From Vicinamibacteria bacterium (GTDB lineage: Bacteria > Acidobacteriota > Vicinamibacteria > Marinacidobacterales > Marinacidobacteraceae): a stretch of DNA of 64,000 bases. The stretch spans positions 2,304,001-2,368,000 of the forward strand of contig OY729431.1 of the NCBI GenBank assembly GCA_963422395.1. Direction: 5' to 3'. Below the pieces are notes generated by a model that saw only the letters and a program-made list of their open reading frames with translations, had not been told where the DNA came from and made no database searches. This document shows, piece after piece, positions 38,632-48,116 of the stretch (positions are counted from its first letter, which is position 1; every line of letters begins with the position of its first letter). The position numbers and the translations under genes are program-made.

Positions 38632-40361
38632 AACCCGCGAACGACCGAGAGCAGCCTCCCCGGAACGCGTCCCCGAACACGGGCCGGAACCCGAGATCGG
38701 CGGCGCCCGATTTCATTCGGGCCGCGATCGCTGCGGACCGGGAGGCGGGGAAACACGGAGGCCGAGTGAGCACGCGATTCCCTCCCGAACCCAACGGCTT
38801 CCTCCACATCGGCCACGCCAAGTCCATCGTGCTGAACTTCGGAGTCGCCGCGGAGAACGGCGGGGCGTGCAACCTCCGCTACGACGACACGAACCCCGCG
38901 AAGGAAGAGGCGCTCTATGTGGAGTCCATCGCCGAGGATGTGGGCTGGCTCGGCTACCGGCTGCCGGGCCCGGCGTACTTCGCGTCCGACCACTTCGACC
39001 GTCTCTACGAGTTCGCCGAGGTGCTCATCCGCCGCGGGAAGGCGTATGTGGACAGCCTGAGCGCCGAGGCGGTGCGCGAGTCGCGGGGAACGCTGGAAAC
39101 CCCCGGGACCGCGAGCCCCTTCCGTGACCGCGGGGCCGCAGAGAACCTCGACCTCTTCCGGCGGATGCGCGCCGGAGAGTTCGCCGACGGGGCGCATGTG
39201 CTCCGCGCTCGGATCGACATGACTTCGCCGAACCTGAACCTGCGCGATCCGACGCTCTACCGGATCCGCCGAGTGCGGCATCACCGGACCGGACACGACT
39301 GGTGCATCTACCCGATGTACGACTTCGCCCACGCGCTCTCCGACTCGATCGAGGGGATCACCCACTCGCTCTGCACCCTCGAGTTCGAGGACCACCGCCC
39401 GCTCTACGACTGGTGCGTGGCCGAGAGCGGAGCGAATTTCGTCCCCCGGCAGATCGAGTTCGCCCGGCTGAACCTGAGCTACACCGTGCTCAGCAAGCGC
39501 CGGCTGTTGCAGCTGGTTACGGCGGGAAAGGTCTCGGGGTGGGACGATCCCCGGATGCCGACCCTCGCCGGGATGCGCCGGCGCGGGATTCCGCCGGCGG
39601 CGATCCGCAGTTTCTGCGAACGGATCGGCATCGCCAAGCGCGACAGCACGGTGGACATCGCGCTCCTCGAACACGCGATCCGCGAGGAGTTGAACCGGAC
39701 GAGCCCCCGGCGGCTGGGCGTCCTCGACCCGGTGCGGCTGGTGGTCGAGAACTATCCGGAAGACGGAGAAGAGTGGTTCGAGGCGGGGAACAACCCCGAA
39801 GACCCCGCCGCCGGCTTCCGGCGGATCCCCTTCTCCCGGGAGCTCCTGATCGAACGGGCGGACTTCTTCGTGGACCCGCCCCGGAAGTTCTTCCGCCTCG
39901 CTCCGGGGCGGGAGGTGCGGCTTCGCTACGCCTTCCTCATCACTTGCACTGGCTTCGAGCAGGACGGCGAGGGGCGGATCACTTCGATCCGCTGCCGCTC
40001 GGACCCGGCGAGCCGAGGAGGGAACGCCCCCGACGGACGGCGGGTGCGGGGCACGCTCCACTGGGTTTCGGCGCGGCACGCGGTACCCGTCGAAGCGCGC
40101 CTCTACGACCGCCTCTTCCGGGTGGCAGAACCCCGGCGCGAAGGAGACTTTCTCGAGGATCTGAACCCCGATTCGGTGCAGGTGGTTTCGGCGCGGGTCG
40201 AGCCCTCCGTGAGGGAACTCCCGCCCGGCGCGCGGATCCAGCTCGAGCGGCTCGGATACTTCGCCGCCGACTCCCGGGACCATCGCCCCGAAATTCCGGT
40301 GTTGAACCGGACGGTGACGCTCCGCGACGCCTGGTCCCGACTGCTGCATCGAAGCGGCTAG
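38628..40361 (+). CDS. glnS: Glutamine--tRNA ligase
   Basis: 'TRFPPEPNGFLHIGHAKSI', 'LSKR', 'WDDPRMPT', 'QLERLGYF'. GTGA overlap with upstream stop. Confidence 0.95.
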   Translation: MKPANDREQPPRNASPNTGRNPRSAAPDFIRAAIAADREAGKHGGRVSTRFPPEPNGFLHIGHAKSIVLNFGVAAENGGACNLRYDDTNPAKEEALYVESIAEDVGWLGYRLPGPAYFASDHFDRLYEFAEVLIRRGKAYVDSLSAEAVRESRGTLETPGTASPFRDRGAAENLDLFRRMRAGEFADGAHVLRARIDMTSPNLNLRDPTLYRIRRVRHHRTGHDWCIYPMYDFAHALSDSIEGITHSLCTLEFEDHRPLYDWCVAESGANFVPRQIEFARLNLSYTVLSKRRLLQLVTAGKVSGWDDPRMPTLAGMRRRGIPPAAIRSFCERIGIAKRDSTVDIALLEHAIREELNRTSPRRLGVLDPVRLVVENYPEDGEEWFEAGNNPEDPAAGFRRIPFSRELLIERADFFVDPPRKFFRLAPGREVRLRYAFLITCTGFEQDGEGRITSIRCRSDPASRGGNAPDGRRVRGTLHWVSARHAVPVEARLYDRLFRVAEPRREGDFLEDLNPDSVQVVSARVEPSVRELPPGARIQLERLGYFAADSRDHRPEIPVLNRTVTLRDAWSRLLHRSG

Positions 40362-40464
40362 TCGTGATCCTCCGTCCCCGGGCGCCCAGGTCGAAATCGC
40401 TTCCCGAACGGTCGAAGCGCGCCCTAGGATTCCTGTTCTCCGCTCCGTCTGGAGGCGAATCCTC

Positions 40465-42135
40465 ATGCGCTTTTCGGTTCTGCCGCCCCTCTTGATCCCG
40501 CTGCTCACGGGCGCCTCGATGGCGCTCGCCGGAAGCGATCGGCCCGCGAAGGACACGAAACTCGGACGTTCGCCGGTGCTCTCCCGGAACGGAATGATCG
40601 CCGCCAGCCAGCCGCTCGCCTCGGCTGCGGGCCTGCGGGTGCTGATGAACGGCGGCAACGCGGTGGACGCCGCGATCACCGCGGCGGCGGTGCTGCAGGT
40701 GGTCGAGCCGATGATGTGCGGTATCGGCGGCGACCTGTTCGCGTTCTACTACGAGGCCGAGACCGGCGACCTCCACGGCCTGAACGCCACCGGGCGCGCC
40801 GGATCGCGGGCGGATGCCGCCGCGCTCCGCGCCGAGGGGCTCACCCGGATGCCGGGGAGCGGGCCCCGGGCGGTCACCGTGCCGGGAGCGCTCGACGGCT
40901 TCGAAGAGCTCGTGCGCCGCTTCGGGACCCGCCCGCTCGGCGAGCTCCTCGAACCGGCCATCCAGTACGCGGAAGAAGGGTTTCCGGTATCCGAGGTCAT
41001 CTCGGTCCAGTGGAAGGCGGCCGAAGCGCGGCTCGCCCGCCATCCGGCGACTGCGGCGGCGTACCTGGTGGACGGCGAGCGCGCGCCCGAACACGGCGAG
41101 GTGTTCCGTTCTCCCGACCTCGCCCACTCGTTCCGAAAGATCGCTGCGGGCGGGGCCGATGTCTTCTACCGCGGCGAGATCGCCGAGGCGATCCACGACT
41201 TCATGGAGGAGACCGGCGGATTCGTGACCCGCGAGGATCTCGCTCGGCACGACTCGAGCTGGGTGGAACCCATCAGCACCAGCTACCGGGGGGTGGAGAT
41301 CTTCCAGATCCCCCCGAATTCGCAGGGATTCGTGGCGCTCGAGATGCTGAACATCCTCGAGGGCTACGACGATCTCCCCTCCCTCGGACACAATTCGGCG
41401 GCCTATCTGCACCGGCTCATCGAGGCCAAGAAGCTGGCGTTCGCCGATCGGAACGCCTACCTCAGCGATCCGGAACACATGCGGGCGCCGCTCGAGACGC
41501 TCATCTCGAAACCCTACGCGGCGGCGCGCCGCTCGGAGATCCGGGCCGACCGCGCAGCGCGCGAAGCGGCTCCCGGGATGACCGACGACGGCGACACCAT
41601 CTATCTGACGGTGGTGGACCGGGATCGAAATGCCATCTCGCTGATCTACAGCATCTTCGGCAGCTTCGGCTCCGGGCTGGTCGTGCCGGGGACCGGCATC
41701 GCGCTGCAGAATCGGGGCACCGGATTCTCGCTCGCAGCGGGGCACCCGAACGAACTGGCTCCGGGCAAGCGGGCGCTCCACACGAACATGCCCGGCATGG
41801 CGTTCCGCGATGGCCGGCCGTGGCTCGCCTACGGAGTGATGGGAGGCGACATGCAGCCCCAGGGACACACCCAGGTGCTGCTCAACCTGATCGATTTCGG
41901 CATGTCGGTCCAGAAAGCCGGGGAAATGCCGCGCTTCCGCCACGGCGCTTCCGGGGTGGGCATCGAATCCGGGGTGGATTCCGACACGCTCGCGGAACTC
42001 ACCCGAATGGGCCACTCGGTGATGACTCGCTTCGGCGCCTACGGCGGCTACCAGGCGATCATGATCGACTGGGAGAATGGGGTCCTGCTCGGGGGCTCCG
42101 ACCCGCGCAAGGACGGCGCGGCCATGGGATATTGA
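40465..42135 (+). CDS. ggt: Gamma-glutamyltransferase
   Basis: 'GGNAVDAA', 'GIGGDLF', catalytic Thr in 'GDTIYL', 'GVMGGDMQPQG', 'SDPRKDG'. Confidence 0.95.
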   Translation: MRFSVLPPLLIPLLTGASMALAGSDRPAKDTKLGRSPVLSRNGMIAASQPLASAAGLRVLMNGGNAVDAAITAAAVLQVVEPMMCGIGGDLFAFYYEAETGDLHGLNATGRAGSRADAAALRAEGLTRMPGSGPRAVTVPGALDGFEELVRRFGTRPLGELLEPAIQYAEEGFPVSEVISVQWKAAEARLARHPATAAAYLVDGERAPEHGEVFRSPDLAHSFRKIAAGGADVFYRGEIAEAIHDFMEETGGFVTREDLARHDSSWVEPISTSYRGVEIFQIPPNSQGFVALEMLNILEGYDDLPSLGHNSAAYLHRLIEAKKLAFADRNAYLSDPEHMRAPLETLISKPYAAARRSEIRADRAAREAAPGMTDDGDTIYLTVVDRDRNAISLIYSIFGSFGSGLVVPGTGIALQNRGTGFSLAAGHPNELAPGKRALHTNMPGMAFRDGRPWLAYGVMGGDMQPQGHTQVLLNLIDFGMSVQKAGEMPRFRHGASGVGIESGVDSDTLAELTRMGHSVMTRFGAYGGYQAIMIDWENGVLLGGSDPRKDGAAMGY

Positions 42136-42197
42136 GCCGCCCGCTCGCCGGAGGGATCGGCCGGGGTTCGGACCGCGAATTCCGAGCCGTAGAAATG

Positions 42198-42220
42198 ATC
42201 TTGGAATTCGATTTCAAGAT
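42198..42220. promoter_or_regulatory. AT-rich palindromic operator, candidate iron-responsive site
   Basis: ATCTTGGAAT-TCG-ATTTCAAGAT (9/10 inverted repeat), about 100 bp upstream of the heme-type receptor. Confidence 0.55.
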
Positions 42221-42317
42221 TGTAGGATGCCGGGAAGGAATCACTCGATCCGTGCCGCTCGAAAACCCTCCGCCGAGCCTCGGAGGCGAAGCCGCACGCT
42301 CGGCCCTGGACCTCTCC

Positions 42318-44465
42318 GTGGATCGGTCCGGAACGAAGAGCGGTTTCGGCCTGCTCGCCGGCGCCCTGCTCGCCGGCACCCTGCTGGCTTCGTCCCCCGC
42401 GGGGGCGCAGACCGAAGAACAGCAGCGGAGCGAGGCGGAGGATCCGGCCGGCGAGGAGCAGCAGGCGGAGTCTTCGGAAACCGAAGGCGAGCCCGCCCTG
42501 CCGGTGCTGATCGAGACGGTGATCGTCACTGCGTCACGGGTCGAATCCCCCCTCCTCACCGCGCCGGCGGCGATCGGGGTGCGCACCGAAGACGAGCTCG
42601 CTTCCGAGGCGGCCCGCACCTTCGCCGACCTCTTCGAGGGCGTCCCGGGCATCTCGATCCAAGGGAACGCCCGCCGGATCACCGAAGCTCCGAGCATTCG
42701 CGGTTTCGCCGACCAGCAGGTCGTCGTGCGCCAGGACGGCGCGCGGCAGAACTTCAACGGCGCCCACGGCGGGCGGTTCTTCACCGATCCGGACCTGCTG
42801 CAGCGGGTCGAGGTGCTGCGGGGGGCGAACTCGGCGGTCTTCGGCAGCGGGGCTCTCGGGGGCGTGGTGTCGCTCACTACCCGGAGCGCCCGGGACCTGC
42901 TGGAGCCGGGCGAAGATTTCGGCGGGCGCTACCGGGTCGGATACCAGTCGAACGGGCGCGACCTTTCCCAATCGCTCGCGGGCTTCGCGGCGAACGATGC
43001 CCTCGACGCGCTCGTCAATCTGACTCTCGGGGGCACCGGGCAGGCGATCCGGGACGGGAACGGGCACGAGATCCCGAACACCGAGGACGAAATCCGAAAC
43101 GGCATGGTGAAGCTCGGCTGGTCGCCGGGAGCTGCCAGCCGCTGGGAGATCTCCTGGCAGGGCTTCCAGAACGAGGCCGCCGAACCCACGAACGCGAACT
43201 CCCTCACCGGAACGCTGGTGGACCGGGACACCCGCTGGAACGGCCTCCGGGCCAGCTTCAGCACCCGTTCCCTCGATTCCGAGTGGCTCGACCTCCGCTT
43301 CCTCGGCTACCGGAACACCGTCGGAGTCGAAGAGCAGATGCAGATCCGCCCGCGCCGGGACGAGAGCGCCTTCGAGACGCTGGGCTTCGAGGCCCACAAC
43401 ACCACTCGCTTCGCCTGGGGCTCGGACCTGCGGCTTTCGCTGAGCACCGGCGCCGAGGCCTACCGGGACCGGCAGTCGGGGATCCGTAACGGGGAAGCGC
43501 GGCTGCAGTTCCCCGATGCCGACGCCTTCTACGCCGCCGCTTTCGGGTATGCGGAGGCGGAGATCGAGAACCGGCTGCATCTCGCGGTCGGCGTCCGGCG
43601 GGACAGCTTTCGGTTGGAGTCGGACCGCTTCGCCGAGCGCCAGGAGGGCCAGACCTCCCCGCGCGTAACCGCCGGGCTGCGCCTCGGCGATACGGCGTTT
43701 CTCTGGATCGGCGCTTCACGGGGCTTTCGGGTCCCGAGCCTGACCGAGCTCTACGCCGACGGCGCTCACTTCGAGTTCCCCCTCGGTTCGGGGGTCTCGG
43801 TGCTGAATCTGTTTCGCCCCGATCCATCGCTCGGTGCTGAGCGGGGGGTGTCGCGGGAGGCAGGGTTCCGAGGCGGCTTCGGGGCCTTCTCGCTCGACAC
43901 CAGCTGCTTCGACCAGACGGTGGCCGACTATGTGGACCAGAAAGTGCTCCTCGTCGATCCGGCGTTCCCTCCCGAGCACGACCCGCGCACCGAACAGACC
44001 GTCCTGATCGGGTCCACCAGGAACATCTCGCTCGACGCCCGGCTGCGAGGGTGCGAGGGCGCGGCGCTCTACGAGCGCTCCCGCTTCCGGCTGCAGGCGA
44101 CCGGTTCGGTCCTCGACACCGAGGACGCCGCGACGGGAGCGCCGCTTTCGCGCGCTCCCGCGAACGCGATGCACCTGTCGGCGAGCACCCGCCTGCCCTC
44201 GATCGGGCTCGAACTGGGAGCCCGCGCGAGCTTCGCCGCCACCCGAAACCTCTCCGCTGAGGACGGGGAGAACGCGCCCGGTTACCGGGTGATGGATCTC
44301 TTCCTCCGCTTCACGCCGGACCGCGGTCCGCTCGCCGGGGTGGACTGGACGCTCGCCCTGAACAACCTGACCGACGAGTACTACGCCGTCTATCCGGCGG
44401 TCGTGCCGCAGCCGGGCCGCAGCCTGCGGATCTCCGCTTCCTACCGCTTCGGATTTTCCCGGTGA
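42318..44465 (+). CDS. TonB-dependent heme/hemoglobin receptor (HemR/ChuA-like)
   Basis: Plug motif 'DGARQNFNGAHGGRFFTDP'. FRAP/NPNL-like loop 'FRVPSLTELYADGAHF...PDPSLGAE' with His. Start uncertain (42318, 42195 or 42132). Confidence 0.85.
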   Translation: MDRSGTKSGFGLLAGALLAGTLLASSPAGAQTEEQQRSEAEDPAGEEQQAESSETEGEPALPVLIETVIVTASRVESPLLTAPAAIGVRTEDELASEAARTFADLFEGVPGISIQGNARRITEAPSIRGFADQQVVVRQDGARQNFNGAHGGRFFTDPDLLQRVEVLRGANSAVFGSGALGGVVSLTTRSARDLLEPGEDFGGRYRVGYQSNGRDLSQSLAGFAANDALDALVNLTLGGTGQAIRDGNGHEIPNTEDEIRNGMVKLGWSPGAASRWEISWQGFQNEAAEPTNANSLTGTLVDRDTRWNGLRASFSTRSLDSEWLDLRFLGYRNTVGVEEQMQIRPRRDESAFETLGFEAHNTTRFAWGSDLRLSLSTGAEAYRDRQSGIRNGEARLQFPDADAFYAAAFGYAEAEIENRLHLAVGVRRDSFRLESDRFAERQEGQTSPRVTAGLRLGDTAFLWIGASRGFRVPSLTELYADGAHFEFPLGSGVSVLNLFRPDPSLGAERGVSREAGFRGGFGAFSLDTSCFDQTVADYVDQKVLLVDPAFPPEHDPRTEQTVLIGSTRNISLDARLRGCEGAALYERSRFRLQATGSVLDTEDAATGAPLSRAPANAMHLSASTRLPSIGLELGARASFAATRNLSAEDGENAPGYRVMDLFLRFTPDRGPLAGVDWTLALNNLTDEYYAVYPAVVPQPGRSLRISASYRFGFSR

Positions 44466-44475
44466 GGCGCGGGGC

Positions 44476-45363
44476 TCAGCTCTCCGGGCGGGCCCCCTCG
44501 ATCGGAATGAAGGCGGCCTCCACCCCCGAAGTCTCCTGGTCGGCGAACCAAGCGCTCCAGAATCGGATCAGGGCTTCCTCGTCCACCAGTCCCTCGCGGC
44601 TCGGGGGAAGCCGCAGCACGGTGAGTTCCGCACCCGCGAGGCGGCGGGTGCGAACCTCGCGGTAGAGAGCGCTCTCCCGGAATCGGGGGAACTCCGGCAC
44701 CCCCCGGTAGAAGTCGATCCCCACATTCTGCATGAGGTCCGAGATGAGGATCAGCCGCCGCCCGGCGGCGGGATCCTCGTCGAAGCGCCGCGCCGCCGCC
44801 TGGACCGCCTGGAAGATCGCCGAAGAATCACTCGGGCCGGAACGGGACATTTCCGAGAGCGCGTCGCGGAGCGGGCGGAGATAGAGCGGCCCCCACTGCG
44901 CTGCCCGCTGATCGGGATTGTCCGACCAATGGTTCACTTCGCAGGGGTGCGGGGGGCGGGGCAGCGCCGCCATTTCCCGGAACCCGCCCGAGGCCTCGGA
45001 CTGCACTTCGAAGAGATGGAGCACCGACCCGGCCGGAGCGGTTTCGGCGACTCCCCGAAGGCGGCTCCACATGTCGTCGCGCTGGGCTCGCGAGAGCCCG
45101 TCGGTCGCATCGAGCACGACCACGATTCGTTCCGGGATCCGTTCTGAAAGTCGCCCGGAAGGGAGGCCGGCGGACCAGTCCGCGCATTCCTCCATCGTCG
45201 TTGCGGTGCAGCCGGAGAGCGTCCACGCGACCGCGGCGGCCGAGGCGGCCCGAAATGCGGCGGCCGGGGATGGGAACCGGGATGCCGACGGAGTTGCGAA
45301 AGGGGATGCGGCGGGAACGACACGCGCCGCCCCGCGGGCCGAGCCCGTCCGGTGCGCGCTCAG
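44476..45363 (-). CDS. vWA-like domain lipoprotein; probable CTG start
   Basis: 'VVVLDATDGL' and 'LILISDLMQN' resemble MIDAS strands. The LSGC lipobox lies upstream of ATG 45195. GGAGG-N7-CTG overlaps the upstream TGA. Confidence 0.7.
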   Translation of the reverse strand: MSAHRTGSARGAARVVPAASPFATPSASRFPSPAAAFRAASAAAVAWTLSGCTATTMEECADWSAGLPSGRLSERIPERIVVVLDATDGLSRAQRDDMWSRLRGVAETAPAGSVLHLFEVQSEASGGFREMAALPRPPHPCEVNHWSDNPDQRAAQWGPLYLRPLRDALSEMSRSGPSDSSAIFQAVQAAARRFDEDPAAGRRLILISDLMQNVGIDFYRGVPEFPRFRESALYREVRTRRLAGAELTVLRLPPSREGLVDEEALIRFWSAWFADQETSGVEAAFIPIEGARPES

Positions 45364-47261
45364 GAGGCTGCCTCCAAACGGTCGAGTCTCTCCGGGCCGC
45401 GCGGCAACAGCCGAACCTCGCGTCCGCCGAGCGGCGGAGACGGCCCCTCGCCGCGGGGCGGCGGCGGCCTTCGGCGCGCCCCGGGAAGCCGGGCGGCCTG
45501 GGCGAGTCGTTCCCGCACCGATTCGAACGCGGCGGCGGCCTCCGGAGCGTGGGCGGCGTTCTCGATGCGCACCCGATCGGCAGCTGCCGCGATCTCGACG
45601 AGGCCCCGCTCCTGGTCTCGTTCCCAGGCGGCGCCGGCGGCTTCCCGGGGCGGTGGCGGCGCGGCGCGCCAGGGCTCACGCCAGAACGCGGGCGGCGGAT
45701 CCCCGGAGAGGCGCTGCTGCCGGTTCGCCTCCCGATAGTCCTCGATCGCGCTCGCGCCGGCAGCGCCCGCCTGACGCAGGAATTCCCCTTCGCGGGAAAC
45801 GATCTGCCGCCGAAGGTTCGACACCGCTTCGAGCCGTGTTCCCAGTGCGAGGATGTCGGTCTCGATGGTGCCGAGACGGCGTCGGTGCTCGCGCTCGTCG
45901 CCGTTCACCGCGTCGAGCGCCTTCCGGTATTCCTCTTCGAGGGCGCGGGACGCCTCCTCCTGTTGCCGGTGGAGCCGGGCGAAATGGGGAAGGGGTTCCC
46001 GGCCGCCGAACCACTTCCAGGCGCTCAGAAAGAGGGCGAGGATCCCGACCGCCAAGAGCAGCACCGAGCGCCAGCCTTCGAACCTGCCGGCGAGGGAGTC
46101 CTCGACCTGGACCAGCGCGCCGTCTCGGGCGCGGTAGCCGACACCGCCGGCGGCGACTTCGCGGGTCGTGTCCTGTGAGTGGTCCGTCGGCGGCAGGGCC
46201 TCCGGGTGGTCCGTGAAGACCGCTCCCGGCCGCCACCAGAGGAACTGGGCGCGCAGCTCGCCGATGACCGCCTCTTCGACGGACAGGCGGGTCGGCGGGT
46301 GCGGGTCGGCGGCGCCCCCGCCGGCAGCGGCCCCGGCGTCGATGTCTTCGAGGTCCAGCACTGCGGCGCGGCGCGCGGTGTCGAGCGCCCCGGCGGCGTC
46401 GCGGTAATGCGCGAAGCCGAAGTGGAGGAGCGCCCCGACCGAGAGGCAGGGAACGAGCGCGGCGGCGAGGAAGACCCGGCGCAGCATTCCGGTCCGAAGC
46501 ATCCGGCGCAGGATCAGATCGCCGATCAGCCAGCCGAGGAGCCCCACATTCATCGCGGTGACGAGGGCGGCGAAGGTCCAATTGGCGAGGATGCCCTCGG
46601 TGGAGACGGAGTGCAGCAGCAGACCGTTGGCGGTGGTCTCGGCGAGCGCCACCGCGGCGAGCAGCCAGGCCCATCCTCGACTCGGCTGGCGGGGACTCGC
46701 ATACTCGGACAGGCCGCATTCCCGGCGGAAGCCGGCGAGCTCCTGCTGCGCCGCCTGCGCTTCTTCGTAGCGGGCCTCGATGCGGGAAAACGCCGGGAGG
46801 GCGCCGGAGAGCGGTGCGGTGTGCTCCCGCTCGCGGCCGGCCTCCGATTCCAACCGGACCGCGCGGGTGCGGGCCTCGCGGTGCGCCGCATCGAGCCGTC
46901 CGAGGGCTTCGTCGGCGCGGGCCCGGATGGCGGCCCCCGCTCGAGCGAAGCGGCTCTCCACTCGGCGCTCCCCCGGAGACGGCGCCGCCGCTTCCGGCGC
47001 CGGGACGCCGGCGCGCGCCTCCTTTTCCGCCTCCCGCCGCTCGGAGGCGGTGAGTGCCGGGTCGGGAACCGGATTCTCGCCCTCCGGGAAGGGGTCGAAG
47101 TCGGAGAGGATGGAGCGGCCCGGATCGGGGTCCGGATCCGTGCCGGCAGCGGCTCCGGCTCCGGCTCCGGCTCCGGCAGGCGCTGCCGGGTCTTGCCGCT
47201 CTCCGGGGCGTTTCGCGCCGCGGGCGCGCTTCGGAATGCGCAATCGGAGCTTCCGGGTCAT
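45360..47261 (-). CDS. Uncharacterised membrane protein, about 4 TM segments flanked by coiled coils
   Basis: GGAGG SD before ATG 47261. Three clustered TM segments ending 'AHYRDA', a loop, a fourth TM, then a coiled coil and 'YREANRQQR...PPPAFW'. Confidence 0.75.
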   Translation of the reverse strand: MTRKLRLRIPKRARGAKRPGERQDPAAPAGAGAGAGAAAGTDPDPDPGRSILSDFDPFPEGENPVPDPALTASERREAEKEARAGVPAPEAAAPSPGERRVESRFARAGAAIRARADEALGRLDAAHREARTRAVRLESEAGREREHTAPLSGALPAFSRIEARYEEAQAAQQELAGFRRECGLSEYASPRQPSRGWAWLLAAVALAETTANGLLLHSVSTEGILANWTFAALVTAMNVGLLGWLIGDLILRRMLRTGMLRRVFLAAALVPCLSVGALLHFGFAHYRDAAGALDTARRAAVLDLEDIDAGAAAGGGAADPHPPTRLSVEEAVIGELRAQFLWWRPGAVFTDHPEALPPTDHSQDTTREVAAGGVGYRARDGALVQVEDSLAGRFEGWRSVLLLAVGILALFLSAWKWFGGREPLPHFARLHRQQEEASRALEEEYRKALDAVNGDEREHRRRLGTIETDILALGTRLEAVSNLRRQIVSREGEFLRQAGAAGASAIEDYREANRQQRLSGDPPPAFWREPWRAAPPPPREAAGAAWERDQERGLVEIAAAADRVRIENAAHAPEAAAAFESVRERLAQAARLPGARRRPPPPRGEGPSPPLGGREVRLLPRGPERLDRLEAAS

Positions 47262-47378
47262 GGGTCCTCCCCCCGATCCGGAGCGGGCCGGCGGACGCAC
47301 TTCCGCCTCCGGGTCTCCCGCCGGTTACGAAATCACGACCCGATCGGTTCTCCCGCCGGAAACGAGCACCGTCCTCGG

Positions 47379-48013
47379 TCAGCTCTCAGGCCGCCTCGCT
47401 GCCGCAGGGGGCCACCAGATCGTCGAAGCGAACCCGAGACAGACCGAAGCCATTTGCTGCTTGGAGAAGCTCGCAGCGATGGCCTCGGCGACGGCCGCTC
47501 GTTCGCGCGTGAGGGTTTCGCAGTCCACGGCGCGCCGCGCCTCGCCGTCGCGCAGCAGCGCCGCTGCCATCGCGCGGAGCGCCGGACGACCGAAGCCGTC
47601 GGTCGTTCCGAGCGGACTCGACTCGCCGTCCAGCAGGAGCTGACGCGCCTCCGGCCAACCGATCCAGGTCTTCAGGAAACCGTAGAGGTGTACGCCAGAT
47701 AGGTCTTGCCGGTGTTGTTCCGCCCGGCGAGGATCGTGAGTCCCCCGCTCAGCTCGATCTCGGCCTCTCCGATCGGGCATAGCAGCCCGTGGACAAAGTC
47801 ACACGGCATCCGACCGGCGATGCCCAGTCCTCCCGGTGGGGGCCCCGGCTGAACCGCTTCGCTCTTCGTTGCAAATCCGTCGGAATACGCCCGGTATGCC
47901 TCCCGATTCGCGCCTTGTCCGCCAGGCGCCGCCCCCACCGGGAGAACTGGCCCGGTCTCGGTGCTCGCGCCACTTCATCCACGGACTGCTAGGCGGTGGA
48001 AGCGGAACTTCAC
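47379..48013 (-). pseudogene. AAA/ABC-type ATPase (AAA_15/AAA_21-like) remnant, MITE-interrupted, frameshifted and truncated
   Basis: Removing the MITE restores MKFRFHRLGPIGEAEIELSGGLTILAGRNNTGKTYLAYT (Walker A). A 1-bp deletion near 47688 precedes LYGFLKTW. No Walker B region follows. Confidence 0.82.
47783..47988. mobile_element. 206-bp non-autonomous MITE
   Basis: TIRs CAGCCCGTGGACAAAGT / CAGTCCGTGGATGAAGT (14/17). Flanks ATAG (47779-47782) and CTAG (47989-47992). Internal 19/20 inverted repeat at 47824-47843/47931-47950. Confidence 0.82.
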
Positions 48014-48116
48014 GGACGGCGAGCCGCGGCCTTCGCCGGCAGAAGGCAGCGGCAGGCGCAGACTGGCCGACGGAACGGAACGAAAACGGGCCTCGCGGCG
48101 GGGCAGCAGCGCCCCC

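Noticed and set aside
47151-47178. Short microsatellites (ggctcc runs here, cgagggcag x3 near 49691, a 24-bp duplication near 26405)
   Set aside because: In-frame low-complexity linkers (GA, LPS, Pro-rich) with no sign of phase variation.
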